From Tubiluchus corallicola (taxonomy: Eukaryota > Animalia > Priapulida): a DNA stretch of 64,000 nucleotides. This document shows, piece by piece, positions 63,520 to 64,000 of the stretch (position 1 is its first letter; each line of letters opens with the position of its first letter). Position numbers and translations under genes: made by a program. Where the stretch lies: NCBI GenBank assembly GCA_030141605.1, contig JAQGDQ010000488.1, positions 1-64,000 on the forward strand, written 5' to 3'. Under the pieces are notes generated by a model, which worked only from the letters and a program-made list of their open reading frames with translations, ran no database searches and was not told where the DNA came from.

Positions 63520-64000
63520 AATTCAATTCAATTTATTTATTAACTCCTCAAGAATTAGCAAAATACAGTATTAGAAATACATGCAATATTATGTAACAAA
63601 GGAGAAGGGCAGCGAAGAACACGCAGGTTATCTACTCAGCCACCCTTAAATAGCAACGATTAAGTAAAATTAATTTTGGCGCCGTTTTCAATTTAAATTT
63701 GAATTCTGTCGACGTGTGTAATTGGCAATTAACTGATGGGAAACGCAATACTGTAGAACATAATAATTTAAATAACCAAAAATTTACAATTCTAAAATAC
63801 TGAAAATCGTGTGAAGCAAACAAAATAAAAGTAACTTAAGATTTTTAACATAACAGAAAATGGATAATGTGAGCATTAACTAAAAAAAATCCGATAAAAA
63901 ACCAGTAGAATGATCAATCAAAGATGTTCATAAAAAAATATAATAAATTAAACTAAGGAAAATAAGGCAAATATAAATCATACAAAAAAAACAAGGAAAA
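63520..64000 (-). mobile_element. LINE 3'-end relic
   Basis: EFKFKLK C-terminus, stem-loop 63606-63648, AATAAA and (TTGAA)n tail. Confidence 0.55.

Overview
AT-rich, repeat-dense animal (invertebrate-like) nuclear DNA with spliceosomal GT-AG genes; the species cannot be identified from the sequence. Four protein-coding genes were assembled by hand with consistent exon phases. (1) GPATCH3: minus strand, 7 exons, 4586-17571, 511 aa. (2) A secreted pentraxin-domain gene: minus strand, 6 exons, 22209-36960, ~384 aa. It has no in-frame ATG before its signal peptide and appears to start at CTG. (3) Myotrophin/MTPN: plus strand, 4 exons, 48391-55227, 116 aa. (4) An intronless ASNSD1: plus strand, 49668-51554, 628 aa, nested in MTPN intron 2 on the same strand. 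The main candidate system is MTPN/ASNSD1. A 56-nt mini-intron can join MTPN exon 2 to an alternative last exon that reads GCA-TAG, then 71 ATG-free nt, then the ASNSD1 ORF and its own AATAAA. This predicts a bicistronic mRNA (61-aa truncated myotrophin uORF plus ASNSD1) that is mutually exclusive with full-length myotrophin. The rest of the window is LINE relics, a tRNA-derived SINE, a DIRS gag-like relic, several MITE families (hAT, piggyBac-like, Tc1/pogo, Kolobok-like) and five minisatellite arrays.
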